DNA of 52,027 bases. Origin: an uncultured Gammaproteobacteria bacterium. GTDB lineage: Bacteria > Patescibacteriota > Patescibacteriia > Magasanikbacterales > GCA-002688135. Position 1 is the stretch's first letter. Each line of letters starts with the position of its first letter. The notes below the pieces were generated by a model, which searched no databases, had not been told where the DNA came from, and worked only from the letters and a program-made list of their open reading frames with translations. This document shows, one piece after another, positions 31,754-41,241 of the stretch. The stretch is from positions 67,982 to 120,008 of the forward strand of contig CAZHVT010000002.1 in the NCBI GenBank assembly GCA_964536205.1, written 5' to 3'. The translations under genes and the position numbers were made by a program.

Positions 31754-33451
31754 ATGTTCGCACAAATTAAGGAATTGGTAAACAAAAACAAGCAAAAAAC
31801 AGCGATGGCGGCGATTGCGGTGGTTATGTTTGTATTGTATCTCATCATGCCCATGACAACACCGGAAACCTATATTTCACCGGATGAAACAGCAAATGCA
31901 TACTTCGCCACAACTTTCGCAGAAGAAGGGAAGCTGTGGTACACAGAGCCACTCAATCTCGATGCATTCGATCGACTCCATCCACGCGCAACAGAATCCC
32001 ACGGCGGCCTTGTCTCGCCAAGCGGATTTTGGGGGATGAGTTTCATATATGGATTAATCGGCGGACTCACATCAGTTTCATTCATGCATATCCTCACCGC
32101 ACTCATAGCAATCATCGCCAGCTTTCTTTTCAAAACAACAATCGCAAAAGTATGTGATGAGAAAATCGCATGGATTTCATGGGTGTTATTACTCACACAT
32201 CCAGCATGGTGGTATTACGCAATGCGCGGCTGGCATCACAACATATTATTTGTATCGCTTCTCATCACACTTTTATACGGAATAATTGTCAGACCATTCA
32301 CCAGTCATGCGAGTCATTCTCCATCAGTAGGAGTGATGATGGATAAAATTTTGATTGCAAGTTCTGCTGCGCTCGCGATTTTCGTCAGACCGTCTGCAAT
32401 ATTGTGGCTCATTCCAATCTTAGCGATCGCAACACACCTCGCATCACGTCGAACAAAAAAGTTGCTCATCGCTGCAATCGTCACATCACTCATCGCAGCC
32501 GCAGCGTTATGGATGGTGAATACAAGTGTTTTTGGATCACTTTCACATCTTCGCGCAAGCTCATCAGTACCTGCACATGAATCATCATTCATCACACAGA
32601 TTTTCCCAGATGGATTTCAAATAAAAACAGTCGCACGCTCAATCGGATATTATTTCTTCATCAAAATTTGGTGGTTTACAATCCCGATGCTCATTGCACT
32701 CACAGCCTTCATCCCAAAACATAAAAAAATTCTCGGACAACTATTCAAAAAAACAAGTAACAATTTTGGAGAAAGACGAAATCTATCAGATTCACCTTTT
32801 GCATTTGGACGACGCGCACAACCAACACAACAAAAAGACAATTCACTCAAAGATAGATATCTTTTGCTGTTCGCCGGCGTAACAGTGATGTTATTGTTGT
32901 GGTACGGAAGTTGGAACATCAGCGACAATCCAGACCCAAGAAATATTTCACTCGCAAACTCATACATGCGCTATTGGCTGCCGGCATTTGTATTAAGTAT
33001 TCCATGTGTCGCAATCGGAATTCAAGCAATCAGCAAAAAAATAAATCACACAAAAGGGCTTGCGGGATTACTTGTGGTGATGATAGGAATCTCTGGATAT
33101 ACTGTCGCATCAGGAAATGACGGTGTCATAAACAACATCTCACAACTCAAAACAAATCATGAAATTTCACAAAAAGTAAATGGATTGATTCCATCACAAA
33201 GCATTATAATCACAAACCGTCACGACAAATTATTTTTTCCAGATCACAAAATTCTATTTCCCATCGACGACCCAGGAACATTCGAAACAATCCGCGCGCT
33301 AAAAAGAACGTCACCAATATTCGTCTACAATCTCAAATTTTCAGAAGATGAATTAAGTGGATACAACGGAGTTCTTAAACAGCTCGGCCTCCGACTCCAA
33401 CCATTGCAAGAATTCGGAAACGAACAATTGTATCGCATCACATCAATATGA
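31754..33451 (+). CDS. GT-C (ArnT/PMT, GT39-like) membrane glycosyltransferase
   Basis: First-loop SPDETANAYFA motif after TM1, multiple TM segments, C-terminal soluble domain. Confidence 0.65.
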   Translation: MFAQIKELVNKNKQKTAMAAIAVVMFVLYLIMPMTTPETYISPDETANAYFATTFAEEGKLWYTEPLNLDAFDRLHPRATESHGGLVSPSGFWGMSFIYGLIGGLTSVSFMHILTALIAIIASFLFKTTIAKVCDEKIAWISWVLLLTHPAWWYYAMRGWHHNILFVSLLITLLYGIIVRPFTSHASHSPSVGVMMDKILIASSAALAIFVRPSAILWLIPILAIATHLASRRTKKLLIAAIVTSLIAAAALWMVNTSVFGSLSHLRASSSVPAHESSFITQIFPDGFQIKTVARSIGYYFFIKIWWFTIPMLIALTAFIPKHKKILGQLFKKTSNNFGERRNLSDSPFAFGRRAQPTQQKDNSLKDRYLLLFAGVTVMLLLWYGSWNISDNPDPRNISLANSYMRYWLPAFVLSIPCVAIGIQAISKKINHTKGLAGLLVVMIGISGYTVASGNDGVINNISQLKTNHEISQKVNGLIPSQSIIITNRHDKLFFPDHKILFPIDDPGTFETIRALKRTSPIFVYNLKFSEDELSGYNGVLKQLGLRLQPLQEFGNEQLYRITSI

Positions 33452-33987
33452 CACGCACAATATGTTGGACAATAAATGTGATAATAATCCTCATGCTTGT
33501 ATGGGCTAATTTTGTACCAAGCGGAGAATTAAAAATTGATTACAAAGTCGGAGAATCATCGGCAAGTGTCACGGATTTCCGACCAGGAGAAAAGCTGCAT
33601 GCATTTCAAAAAGATGATCGAGAATTTCACACACTCATCGGAAGTCCAATATTTTTCCACATCCGCACACCACGACCATTTCAGAAATTAGATGCGGAAA
33701 TCACTTATCGAGCGAATGAACCAGCGACAGTGCAATTCGGCGAGCAAACAGGCCCAGAGCTATATGAGTTTGCATATGACACACTAGAAATCATCCCAGA
33801 CGGAAAATGGCACACCACAACAGTTTCTCTAGACCTCGGACGTATGTATTATCATGAGGATACAAAGCGTTATCAATTCTCATTCATCACAGACAAAAAC
33901 ATCGATATTTCGGGAATAAACGCCACTTTTACAAAGCCTCCAATTACTCTCAACAGAATACTTGATAAATTTCGTCCATCCAGCTAA
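33448..33987 (+). CDS. membrane-anchored hypothetical protein (179 aa)
   Basis: N-terminal TM; start overlaps the previous stop (ATGA). Confidence 0.6.
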   Translation: MTRTICWTINVIIILMLVWANFVPSGELKIDYKVGESSASVTDFRPGEKLHAFQKDDREFHTLIGSPIFFHIRTPRPFQKLDAEITYRANEPATVQFGEQTGPELYEFAYDTLEIIPDGKWHTTTVSLDLGRMYYHEDTKRYQFSFITDKNIDISGINATFTKPPITLNRILDKFRPSS

Positions 33988-33988
33988 T

Positions 33989-34168
33989 ATGAAAACGCAA
34001 TACAGAGAAATACTCATCGCATCCACAAGTCTGACGGTAATTCTATTTCTATTGGAAAAATATTCCCCCGGCTTTGTTCTGATGCACATGCGTATTTCTT
34101 ATGTGGCGATCGTAGCAGTCATCTCGCTCATCGCATATTTATCAAAACAAACAGAGACATATGTCTGA
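33989..34168 (+). CDS. small two-TM membrane protein (59 aa)
   Basis: ATG 33989 directly after the TAA of the previous gene. Confidence 0.45.
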   Translation: MKTQYREILIASTSLTVILFLLEKYSPGFVLMHMRISYVAIVAVISLIAYLSKQTETYV

Positions 34169-34577
34169 TTGTATTTTTTGCAAAATCATAAAAAAGGAAT
34201 TGCCCGCAGATATTGTACATGAGGATGAGCACACCATTTCTTTTTTAAGTATCAATCCAGATAATGACGGGCATACGCTCGTAGTTCCAAAAGAACATCA
34301 CGTCGATCTTATAACTACACCACTTCCAGCACTCACACAGCTCATGAATGCATGTCAAAAAGTTGCGGCGGGTGTTATGAAAGGAATGGAAGTTGATGGA
34401 TACAATCTCATTCAAAATAACGGATCAGTTGCAGGACAAGTAATTTTCCATATTCATTTCCATATCATTCCGCGATTGCCCGACGATGGTTTCAAACATT
34501 GGAAAGGCGTCCCGTATGAAAGTGCGGAGCACTCAGCAGGAGTTGCAGCTAAAATCAGCGAAGCGATTCTCACATAG
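34161..34577 (+). CDS. HIT-family (histidine triad) protein
   Basis: CIFCKI..., HIHFHIIPR triad. Confidence 0.92.
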   Translation: MSDCIFCKIIKKELPADIVHEDEHTISFLSINPDNDGHTLVVPKEHHVDLITTPLPALTQLMNACQKVAAGVMKGMEVDGYNLIQNNGSVAGQVIFHIHFHIIPRLPDDGFKHWKGVPYESAEHSAGVAAKISEAILT

Positions 34578-34677
34578 AATAATGAAGTATGAATAAGGAA
34601 TCATGGAAATGTGTCGCGAAGCGACGATTTATAATCATTCATACCTCATACCTCATAATTCATAATTCAAAAATTGT
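34578..34677. repeat. hairpin element with aaatgtgtcgcgaagcgacgatt core, copy 1
   Basis: Core 34607-34629 is identical to 50455-50477; arms are built from tatgaat-type words. Confidence 0.75.
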
Positions 34678-36642
34678 ATGACAATTTTCATCACCGGCGG
34701 AGCAGGCTTCATCGGATCAAACTTCTGCCACCTCGTAAAACGAGTTTCACCAGAAACAAAGCTGGTAATTTTTGATGCACTCACATACGCCGGAAATCTA
34801 CAGAATCTACAAGGTGTTATAGGAAGCCCAGGAGTTTCATTTGTACACGGATCAATCACAAACGAACCACTCGTGCATCGCCTCATGGAAGAATATCAAC
34901 CAGACATAATCATCAATTTCGCAGCCGAAACTCATGTCGACAGATCAGTTCACAATGGCGGCGCAGATTTCGTTGATACAAATATTAAGGGCGTACAAAT
35001 CTTACTCGATGCAACAAAAAAATTCGGCATCAAAAAAATGATTCAAGTTTCAACAGACGAAGTGTACGGAACACTTTCACTAGAATCACGAGAACGATTC
35101 AATGAAGACTCACGTCTCGCACCAAACTCTCCATACTCATCAAGTAAAGCTGCGGGAGATTTATTATGCCGATCATATTTTGAAACATACGGAACGCCAG
35201 TTTTGATTACGCGATGCACAAACAATTTCGGACCACGACAATTCCCAGAAAAAGTTCTCCCATACTGGATTACATTGTTGATGACTGACAGAAAAATTCC
35301 ATTATATGGAGATGGAAAAAATGTACGAGATTGGATCCATGTAAATGATCATTGTGGTGCAATCTGGTCGCTCATCGAAAAAGGAGAAGCAGGAGAAATC
35401 TACAACATCGGCGTGGGAAATGAATGGTCAAATAAAGATCTTGCAGATATGGTCGTCAAAGAAATGGGTGTAGGGCAAGAGGGGATTCGATATGTCACAG
35501 ATCGTCCAGCTCATGATAGACGATATGCGCTAGACGCCTCAAAACTTTTCAAAGCAGTCGGATTCCAACCACAATACTCACGAAATAAATTCCAAGAAGC
35601 AGTGCGCGAAACAATCAATTGGTATAAATCAAATGAAGATTGGATTGCAGCAATCCGCGATCGCGTCGGAGAATTCAATCCTCACATCGCACCAGAACCA
35701 AAAGCAAAAGTCCTCGTGTTAGGAACAGGATTTTTAGGAAGCCAATACGTTTCATATTTCAAAAATAATGGATATGAAGTTGAGGGCGCAGATCGCGATA
35801 AAATGGATGTGACAAATCTGGAAACATTACGAGAATTTATCACGCAATCAAATCCAGATATTGTAATCAATGCAGTGGCGATGACAGACATTGATTGGTG
35901 TGAGAAAAATAAAAAACAAACACTAGATGTAAACACAGTTGGTGCAGATAACGTCGCGCAAGTGTGCCAAGAGCTCGGAAAATATTTAGTACACATCTCA
36001 AGTGGTTGTATCCAAGAATCCCCAACAAAAGAAACCGTTCACACAGAAGCAGATCCAGTTTCACCTGTATGTTTCTACGCATGGACAAAAGCATTCGCAG
36101 ATCAAATCATAATGCATCGCATGCAAAATAAAGGCTTGAAAGCATTATTGCTGCGACCGCGACAATTGCTATCAGCAGAACTTTCACCGCGAAACGCGCT
36201 GGCTAAAATGCTCTCATACACAAAATTCATCGACAAAGATAACTCATGCACAGTTGTTGATGACCTTTTGAGGGCAACATTTGAATTAGTAGAAAAAGAA
36301 GCAACCGGAATTATCAACATCGTAAATCCGGGCGTCACATCCCCATACAGAATCGCACAACAATTAAAACGAATTATCAAACCAGACATGCAATTGCAAA
36401 TCATTTCAAAACAAGAATTAAACGAAATGACATTTGCACAACGCATTGATTCAGTTTTATCCGGAGAAAAATTGAGAAGCTACGGAATTGAATTAGCATC
36501 TATCGATCAACGCGTCCCAGAAATCATCACAGATCTCAAACAAAAACTCGCCACTCAAGAAGGCCAGCAAATCATGGGTAAAGTCCACAGCGACACAAAA
36601 GAAAAACTTGCAATCAAACAACGTGAGCCACAGGTGGCGTAG
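34678..36642 (+). CDS. fused dTDP-glucose 4,6-dehydratase (RfbB-like) / dTDP-4-dehydrorhamnose reductase (RfbD-like)
   Basis: N-terminal half: ITGGAGFIGSNF, YSSSKAAGD. C-terminal half: VLGTGFLGSQY, NAVAMTDIDWCE, VHISSG. Confidence 0.8.
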   Translation: MTIFITGGAGFIGSNFCHLVKRVSPETKLVIFDALTYAGNLQNLQGVIGSPGVSFVHGSITNEPLVHRLMEEYQPDIIINFAAETHVDRSVHNGGADFVDTNIKGVQILLDATKKFGIKKMIQVSTDEVYGTLSLESRERFNEDSRLAPNSPYSSSKAAGDLLCRSYFETYGTPVLITRCTNNFGPRQFPEKVLPYWITLLMTDRKIPLYGDGKNVRDWIHVNDHCGAIWSLIEKGEAGEIYNIGVGNEWSNKDLADMVVKEMGVGQEGIRYVTDRPAHDRRYALDASKLFKAVGFQPQYSRNKFQEAVRETINWYKSNEDWIAAIRDRVGEFNPHIAPEPKAKVLVLGTGFLGSQYVSYFKNNGYEVEGADRDKMDVTNLETLREFITQSNPDIVINAVAMTDIDWCEKNKKQTLDVNTVGADNVAQVCQELGKYLVHISSGCIQESPTKETVHTEADPVSPVCFYAWTKAFADQIIMHRMQNKGLKALLLRPRQLLSAELSPRNALAKMLSYTKFIDKDNSCTVVDDLLRATFELVEKEATGIINIVNPGVTSPYRIAQQLKRIIKPDMQLQIISKQELNEMTFAQRIDSVLSGEKLRSYGIELASIDQRVPEIITDLKQKLATQEGQQIMGKVHSDTKEKLAIKQREPQVA

Positions 36643-36643
36643 T

Positions 36644-37246
36644 ATGAAAAAAAAGCACATTCTTTTCGATACAGACGGAGTGATCGTACACAGCGAGATG
36701 TTCAGTGTGCAGTATCAAAAAGAAACCGGAATCACGGCCGATGAAATGCTTCCTTTTTATAAGGGGGTGTTTGGACAATGTATAACTGGACAAGCTGATC
36801 TCAAAGAGGAGATTAAGCCGTGGCTGGCAAAATGGAAATGGGAAGGCACGGTAGATGAATTTCTAAAAAGATGGTTTAATGCGGAAAATAATGTTGATGA
36901 TCGCGTCATAGATCTCATTAAGAAATTACGCGAAGCAGGATTTGGATGTCATCTCGCAACAAATCAAGAAAAATATCGCACAGCTTTTCTGAAAGACGAG
37001 ATGGGTTTTGCAGAGCTCTTTGATACGATATATTCTTCCGCTGAACTTGGATGCAAAAAACCAAACCCAGAATTCTACAAACATATTCTTGATGATCTTA
37101 ATAAGCGATTTGGTACAGCTCCAGAAGATGTGATATATCTCGATGATGATGAGGAAAATGTCGCTGCAGCGCATAAGCTGGAAATTAAAGCAATACAATA
37201 CAGAGAATTTTCCGATGCAATACCTGTCGAGGCACTTCTACAATAG
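36644..37246 (+). CDS. HAD-superfamily hydrolase
   Basis: ILFDTDGVIV, ATNQ, YLDDDEENV. Confidence 0.85.
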   Translation: MKKKHILFDTDGVIVHSEMFSVQYQKETGITADEMLPFYKGVFGQCITGQADLKEEIKPWLAKWKWEGTVDEFLKRWFNAENNVDDRVIDLIKKLREAGFGCHLATNQEKYRTAFLKDEMGFAELFDTIYSSAELGCKKPNPEFYKHILDDLNKRFGTAPEDVIYLDDDEENVAAAHKLEIKAIQYREFSDAIPVEALLQ

Positions 37247-37261
37247 AATAAAACCGCGTGC

Positions 37262-37292
37262 AAAATAAGGATTGACAAGATCCTTATTTTTA
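37262..37292 (+). terminator. intrinsic terminator whose loop carries the next -35 box
   Basis: aataaggat-tgacaag-atccttatt plus T-run. Confidence 0.6.
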
Positions 37293-37300
37293 TATACTAT
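37272..37300 (+). promoter_or_regulatory. candidate promoter
   Basis: TTGACA-17 nt-TACTAT. Confidence 0.55.
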
Positions 37301-37389
37301 TTCGACAGTTCTTAAACAACCAATAGCAGGTGTAGTATGTGAACCATGTGAACAAACGCATGCTCATACGAACCTGGAAAGAGGTGAGA

Positions 37390-38562
37390 ATGACTGATTT
37401 TACATCAGAATCCATGGCCCACTTTTATAAACTCGGACGAAGCGGCGCGATCACGCAGGAGCAATTCGACGCATTCTGTAAAGATCCAAATGCCATTTTC
37501 GAAGTAAAGTGGCGCGAGCTGTTCTTGAGGAAGATTCCTGCGGATATTGGAGCTTTCGGATTTCAAGTCATCGATGATGTGGTTTTGTATGAGGGAACTC
37601 GTGCAGATCGAGAGCTTGTTGTATACGGCGAACATTCATCACATGAGTTCGATGAGGTGAGTGAGGTTGCTACGGCTGTCGACGGAAAATCATTGTTTGT
37701 CGCCGAGGTCGGTTCAAATGTATTCACTGTATGGGGAGATTGGCACAAATCGACACAAGCTGTAAATCTTGAGGATATCAGATGCCTTTCGGTCGCAGGC
37801 GGAAAATTTCTACACATTGTTGAAGACAATGGGGTGGATAAGAGCACTATTGTCTGGGGTGGGGAAATCATCGCAGCGCACCATCATGTGGACTTTCTGT
37901 CCTATATAGGCGGGAAGCTGCTTTATGCATCAAAGGATAAAGACCATGAGTGGACTATTGTCTGGGGCGAAAAAAAATTTCCAGTTGGCAGGTTCAATGA
38001 TATGTGTCATCTAGAAATCGTTGATGGAAAGCCGATGTGCTGTGGTGATCTTTTTGATCGGGGAGGTAGTTCTATTGTGTGGGGTGATGAGGTTATCGCA
38101 CATCATGATCATATCTCGAGATTCATGTTAGCCGGTGGTCTACCTATGTACGTGGCGGACAATGAGTCTGAGTACATGGTGGTACACGGTGCAGACAAAT
38201 ATCGAACTCACGCAAGAATTTGGGATCTTAGGTGGTCTGGCGGGAAGCCGTTGTACTGCGCTTCATCAACAGAGGAGCGAAATAGATTTAAAACTACTGC
38301 AGACCCAAGCTTCATTGTGCATGGAACCACCACACACACCACAAACTACACTGAAATCGATGATCCATGCTGCGTCGGCGATACAGTTGTATTTCGTGCA
38401 CAGGTCAATAAGAATACACAGAAGTTCGTTGTTGTGGTAGGAAACGAAGAATCGAAACAATATGACGAGATCTTCGAACTCCGCGTTGATGGCAACACAG
38501 TCATCTTCCACGCTCGAAAAGGCCGCAAGCTCTATCGCGTGACCAGAACAGTTTCGCAATAG
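37390..38562 (+). CDS. repeat protein (about seven 35-40-aa (I/V)VWG/VHG repeats, beta-propeller-like)
   Basis: RBS GAAAGAGGTG before ATG 37390; repeats TVWGDW, TIVWGGE, TIVWGEK, SIVWGDE, MVVHGAD, FIVHGTT, VVVVGNE. Confidence 0.65.
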   Translation: MTDFTSESMAHFYKLGRSGAITQEQFDAFCKDPNAIFEVKWRELFLRKIPADIGAFGFQVIDDVVLYEGTRADRELVVYGEHSSHEFDEVSEVATAVDGKSLFVAEVGSNVFTVWGDWHKSTQAVNLEDIRCLSVAGGKFLHIVEDNGVDKSTIVWGGEIIAAHHHVDFLSYIGGKLLYASKDKDHEWTIVWGEKKFPVGRFNDMCHLEIVDGKPMCCGDLFDRGGSSIVWGDEVIAHHDHISRFMLAGGLPMYVADNESEYMVVHGADKYRTHARIWDLRWSGGKPLYCASSTEERNRFKTTADPSFIVHGTTTHTTNYTEIDDPCCVGDTVVFRAQVNKNTQKFVVVVGNEESKQYDEIFELRVDGNTVIFHARKGRKLYRVTRTVSQ

Positions 38563-38568
38563 TACACG

Positions 38569-38596
38569 AACCGACTCTACGGAGTTGGTTTTTTAT
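38569..38596 (+). terminator. intrinsic terminator
   Basis: aaccgactc-tacg-gagttggtt plus T-run. Confidence 0.75.
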
Positions 38597-38601
38597 TACC
38601 T

Positions 38602-38630
38602 TTGACAATAAGATGAACTGTTGCTAGCAT
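38602..38630 (+). promoter_or_regulatory. candidate promoter
   Basis: TTGACA-17 nt-TAGCAT. Confidence 0.55.
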
Positions 38631-38660
38631 TGATATATTCGCTCATTAAAGGAGGAAACG

Positions 38661-38978
38661 TTGTCAGTCGAAGTTGGCACACGTGTAATAATTGTAATCG
38701 GAGGTGCTGGGCAGTTTGTAGAATGCTCGGTTTCAGAGTGCGTGGATGAGAATGGAAAAACATACATTCTCAAACCAGTCGAGCGGGAATTTAAACCGCC
38801 GACTGCTGAAAATCTCGAAAAGAAAAAACCGAAGAAAAAACAACCTCTTCAAATGCGATTACACCCCACATCGCAAGTGAAGGATCCAGATGAAATTCGA
38901 CGATATGGACAATGGTGCATATCATCACAAGTGAAGAAAAAGAAAGCAAAACTAATTGGAGGATTGGCGAGTGTTTAG
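38661..38978 (+). CDS. hypothetical protein (105 aa, TTG start), paralogue 1
   Basis: RBS AAAGGAGG; C-terminal QWC...KKKKAK. Confidence 0.6.
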   Translation: MSVEVGTRVIIVIGGAGQFVECSVSECVDENGKTYILKPVEREFKPPTAENLEKKKPKKKQPLQMRLHPTSQVKDPDEIRRYGQWCISSQVKKKKAKLIGGLASV

Positions 38979-39273
38979 TCCAATAGAAACGGATGACATT
39001 ATTCACAAATGCGTAGGCACTTCCACGCCGGTGAAAATTCGCGTACTGGAGGCAACGCAAGACAAAGATGTATTCTTGGTTGAGCAAGTTGCAGATGACA
39101 AGCGCGAAGGAAAGGATAAGGTTGGGCCGTTGCGCACATGTATTCGTCGTGCAGAGCATGTAGAGAAATTGATGTGGATACGTTCTGCCAATCAATGGTG
39201 CTTTGACGACAAGACAGCAAAGAGAAAGAAAAAAAATAAAACGGCTGATGTAATCGATCTGCCGCGACGATAA
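38971..39273 (+). CDS. hypothetical protein (about 100 aa, GTG start), paralogue 2
   Basis: RBS GGAGG 7 nt before GTG 38971; C-terminal QWC...KRKKKNK. Confidence 0.55.
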   Translation: MFSPIETDDIIHKCVGTSTPVKIRVLEATQDKDVFLVEQVADDKREGKDKVGPLRTCIRRAEHVEKLMWIRSANQWCFDDKTAKRKKKNKTADVIDLPRR

Positions 39274-39278
39274 ATTCA

Positions 39279-39304
39279 ACACCTCCATGTGAGGTGTATT
39301 TTTA
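39279..39304 (+). terminator. intrinsic terminator
   Basis: acacctc-catgt-gaggtgt plus T-run. Confidence 0.65.
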
Positions 39305-39333
39305 TTGACAAGATATCATATATATGATATAGT
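39305..39333 (+). promoter_or_regulatory. candidate promoter
   Basis: TTGACA-17 nt-TATAGT. Confidence 0.6.
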
Positions 39334-39365
39334 CCTGTTAATTCTTCAGTAGATAGGAATAAGGT

Positions 39366-39599
39366 ATGGTCGAAGAGGATCGGAAAAAAAGAGTAAAGAA
39401 AAGGGTGGAAGCCCATAACAGTGTCAAGGAAATACTCGGTTCACAGATTCAGCGAATTGAGAGTATATTGCACGAAGCAGGGGAGTCGGGATATATAACA
39501 TTAAAACTGACAATGAGTGATGAGGTTGATGGTCCGGTCAAGCGAGCTATCATGTCAGCGCGATTGATTGGAGAATCAAATACAAACACTTCTATGTGA
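39366..39599 (+). CDS. hypothetical protein (77 aa)
   Basis: Own promoter and terminator. Confidence 0.55.
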   Translation: MVEEDRKKRVKKRVEAHNSVKEILGSQIQRIESILHEAGESGYITLKLTMSDEVDGPVKRAIMSARLIGESNTNTSM

Positions 39600-39615
39600 G
39601 GTGTTCGCATGTAAC

Positions 39616-39644
39616 AAAAAACCAACCGAGCGGTTGGTTTTTTC
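39616..39644. terminator. bidirectional intrinsic terminator
   Basis: accaacc-gagc-ggttggt flanked by A5 and T6. Confidence 0.8.
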
Positions 39645-39651
39645 CTTCACA

Positions 39652-41241
39652 TTATTCAACCCATCTTCCATTCTCCTCATGAGGATAATCAAATTCATCT
39701 CCTGAATACGGATCATTCGCAGGATCATAATTCTCATCATGATCATCCGGATATCTACCTGCATCAGCTGGAGGAGGGAAATGATCTGGATTTCCATCAT
39801 CATAATATTCCTCATCCTCATAATCCTCATAATCACGCCGATCTTCCTCATCTAACATTCGCTCACATTCCGCATCACACGGACGATTGAAAATCTGCTC
39901 CCAAAATTCCTGTCCGGGGCATCCTTCTTGTCCAATACAATCCGGAACATTATCCCCATCCTTATCAAACTCCGCGGCAATCAATTCAAATTCATATGAA
40001 CCACCCATATCTTCCGGCATAGGAGGAAATTCATCGTGACGTGCATCATCATCATAATAATCATCCCGACCCTCAAAACGATAATCATCTCGACGCGCAC
40101 TTTCCTCAAAAAATTCCTCTGCTGTCATCGTAATCCACTGTCGACCATCAAAACATTCAATCAATGTCTCATCATCTAATGGATGACAATCTCCCTCTTG
40201 CGCATGCGCATCAAAATCATCTTTACCTTCATCAATCCACGGACCATCATATTCTAAATCCTCATACTGCTCGTCAGAGAAATGATCTTCAAGCGATGCA
40301 AATGCCTCATGAATATCGTGGCCTTGATCCGCATCCTCAATCAAATCATGTAAAGCAATCGGATCAAAATTTGGATCAGCGATAAGCGCTTCAACTCGAT
40401 CTGCAAAAGCCTGCGCTGCTGCTAAATCCTGTCGAGCAGCTTCTGCAACCGCAGCACTCTCTCGATCAACTGTTGTGGCGAAATTCAATCCACCTTCAAG
40501 CATACTTAAATACTGCAATTCTTTCGCTAACTCCTCTCGCATTTGTTCTTGAATTTGAGTTTTCAATGCAGCCGTTGGGTTCGCTTCATATCGATCCATC
40601 AAAATCGCCATAAACTCATCATCATGTTCCAGATTTGAACTTACTACATGTTGCGCAACATCATCGTAGTGATCACGCTGTTCTGATGGAATCTGCTTAA
40701 ATGCATCCACATAATCATCAGTAGATTCATTTGCACGCATTGCAATTTCTACAACCGTTTCATGATCTCCAATTTCATGTGCCATAACTTCCACATCATC
40801 CATCAAATCAGACAACAAGGTTTGCGTCTCACGAACCAATTCTGGCGTAACATCTCCCGAATTAATCAACGCTTGCAACTCATCAACACGACGTTGGGCA
40901 TATTTTAAATGTAAATCAGCTTTTTCCGCCTTGTCGCCCTTCAAAGCAACACTCACTTTTTCAGATGCAATTTTGACACCATATAATGGTTGTCCTGGAA
41001 GCGCATCTTGAGATGCATACACCGTTCCTCCAGTCATCGTTCCCAACACAAGCACAATCGCGAGCGCTGCAAACGCGGGTTTTCTCAATGTCATAGAAAT
41101 AGAGTTTAGTAAGTTAGTGAATATAGAACGATCGGCGGACGATGTTCTTTCTATATGCGAAATCAACTGCAATTTCACAGATTGTTTCTCCGACGCGCTC
41201 AATGTTGCGTCATCCTTAAGTTGTTTGAAGTTCTTGTTCAT
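39652..41241 (-). CDS. membrane-anchored anti-sigma-like protein with an acidic C-terminal tail
   Basis: Overlaps the sigma gene 3' end; one TM (AFAALAIVLVLG), then LPGQPLYGVKIASEK helical domain, then a D/E/Y-rich tail. Confidence 0.65.
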   Translation of the reverse strand: MNKNFKQLKDDATLSASEKQSVKLQLISHIERTSSADRSIFTNLLNSISMTLRKPAFAALAIVLVLGTMTGGTVYASQDALPGQPLYGVKIASEKVSVALKGDKAEKADLHLKYAQRRVDELQALINSGDVTPELVRETQTLLSDLMDDVEVMAHEIGDHETVVEIAMRANESTDDYVDAFKQIPSEQRDHYDDVAQHVVSSNLEHDDEFMAILMDRYEANPTAALKTQIQEQMREELAKELQYLSMLEGGLNFATTVDRESAAVAEAARQDLAAAQAFADRVEALIADPNFDPIALHDLIEDADQGHDIHEAFASLEDHFSDEQYEDLEYDGPWIDEGKDDFDAHAQEGDCHPLDDETLIECFDGRQWITMTAEEFFEESARRDDYRFEGRDDYYDDDARHDEFPPMPEDMGGSYEFELIAAEFDKDGDNVPDCIGQEGCPGQEFWEQIFNRPCDAECERMLDEEDRRDYEDYEDEEYYDDGNPDHFPPPADAGRYPDDHDENYDPANDPYSGDEFDYPHEENGRWVE

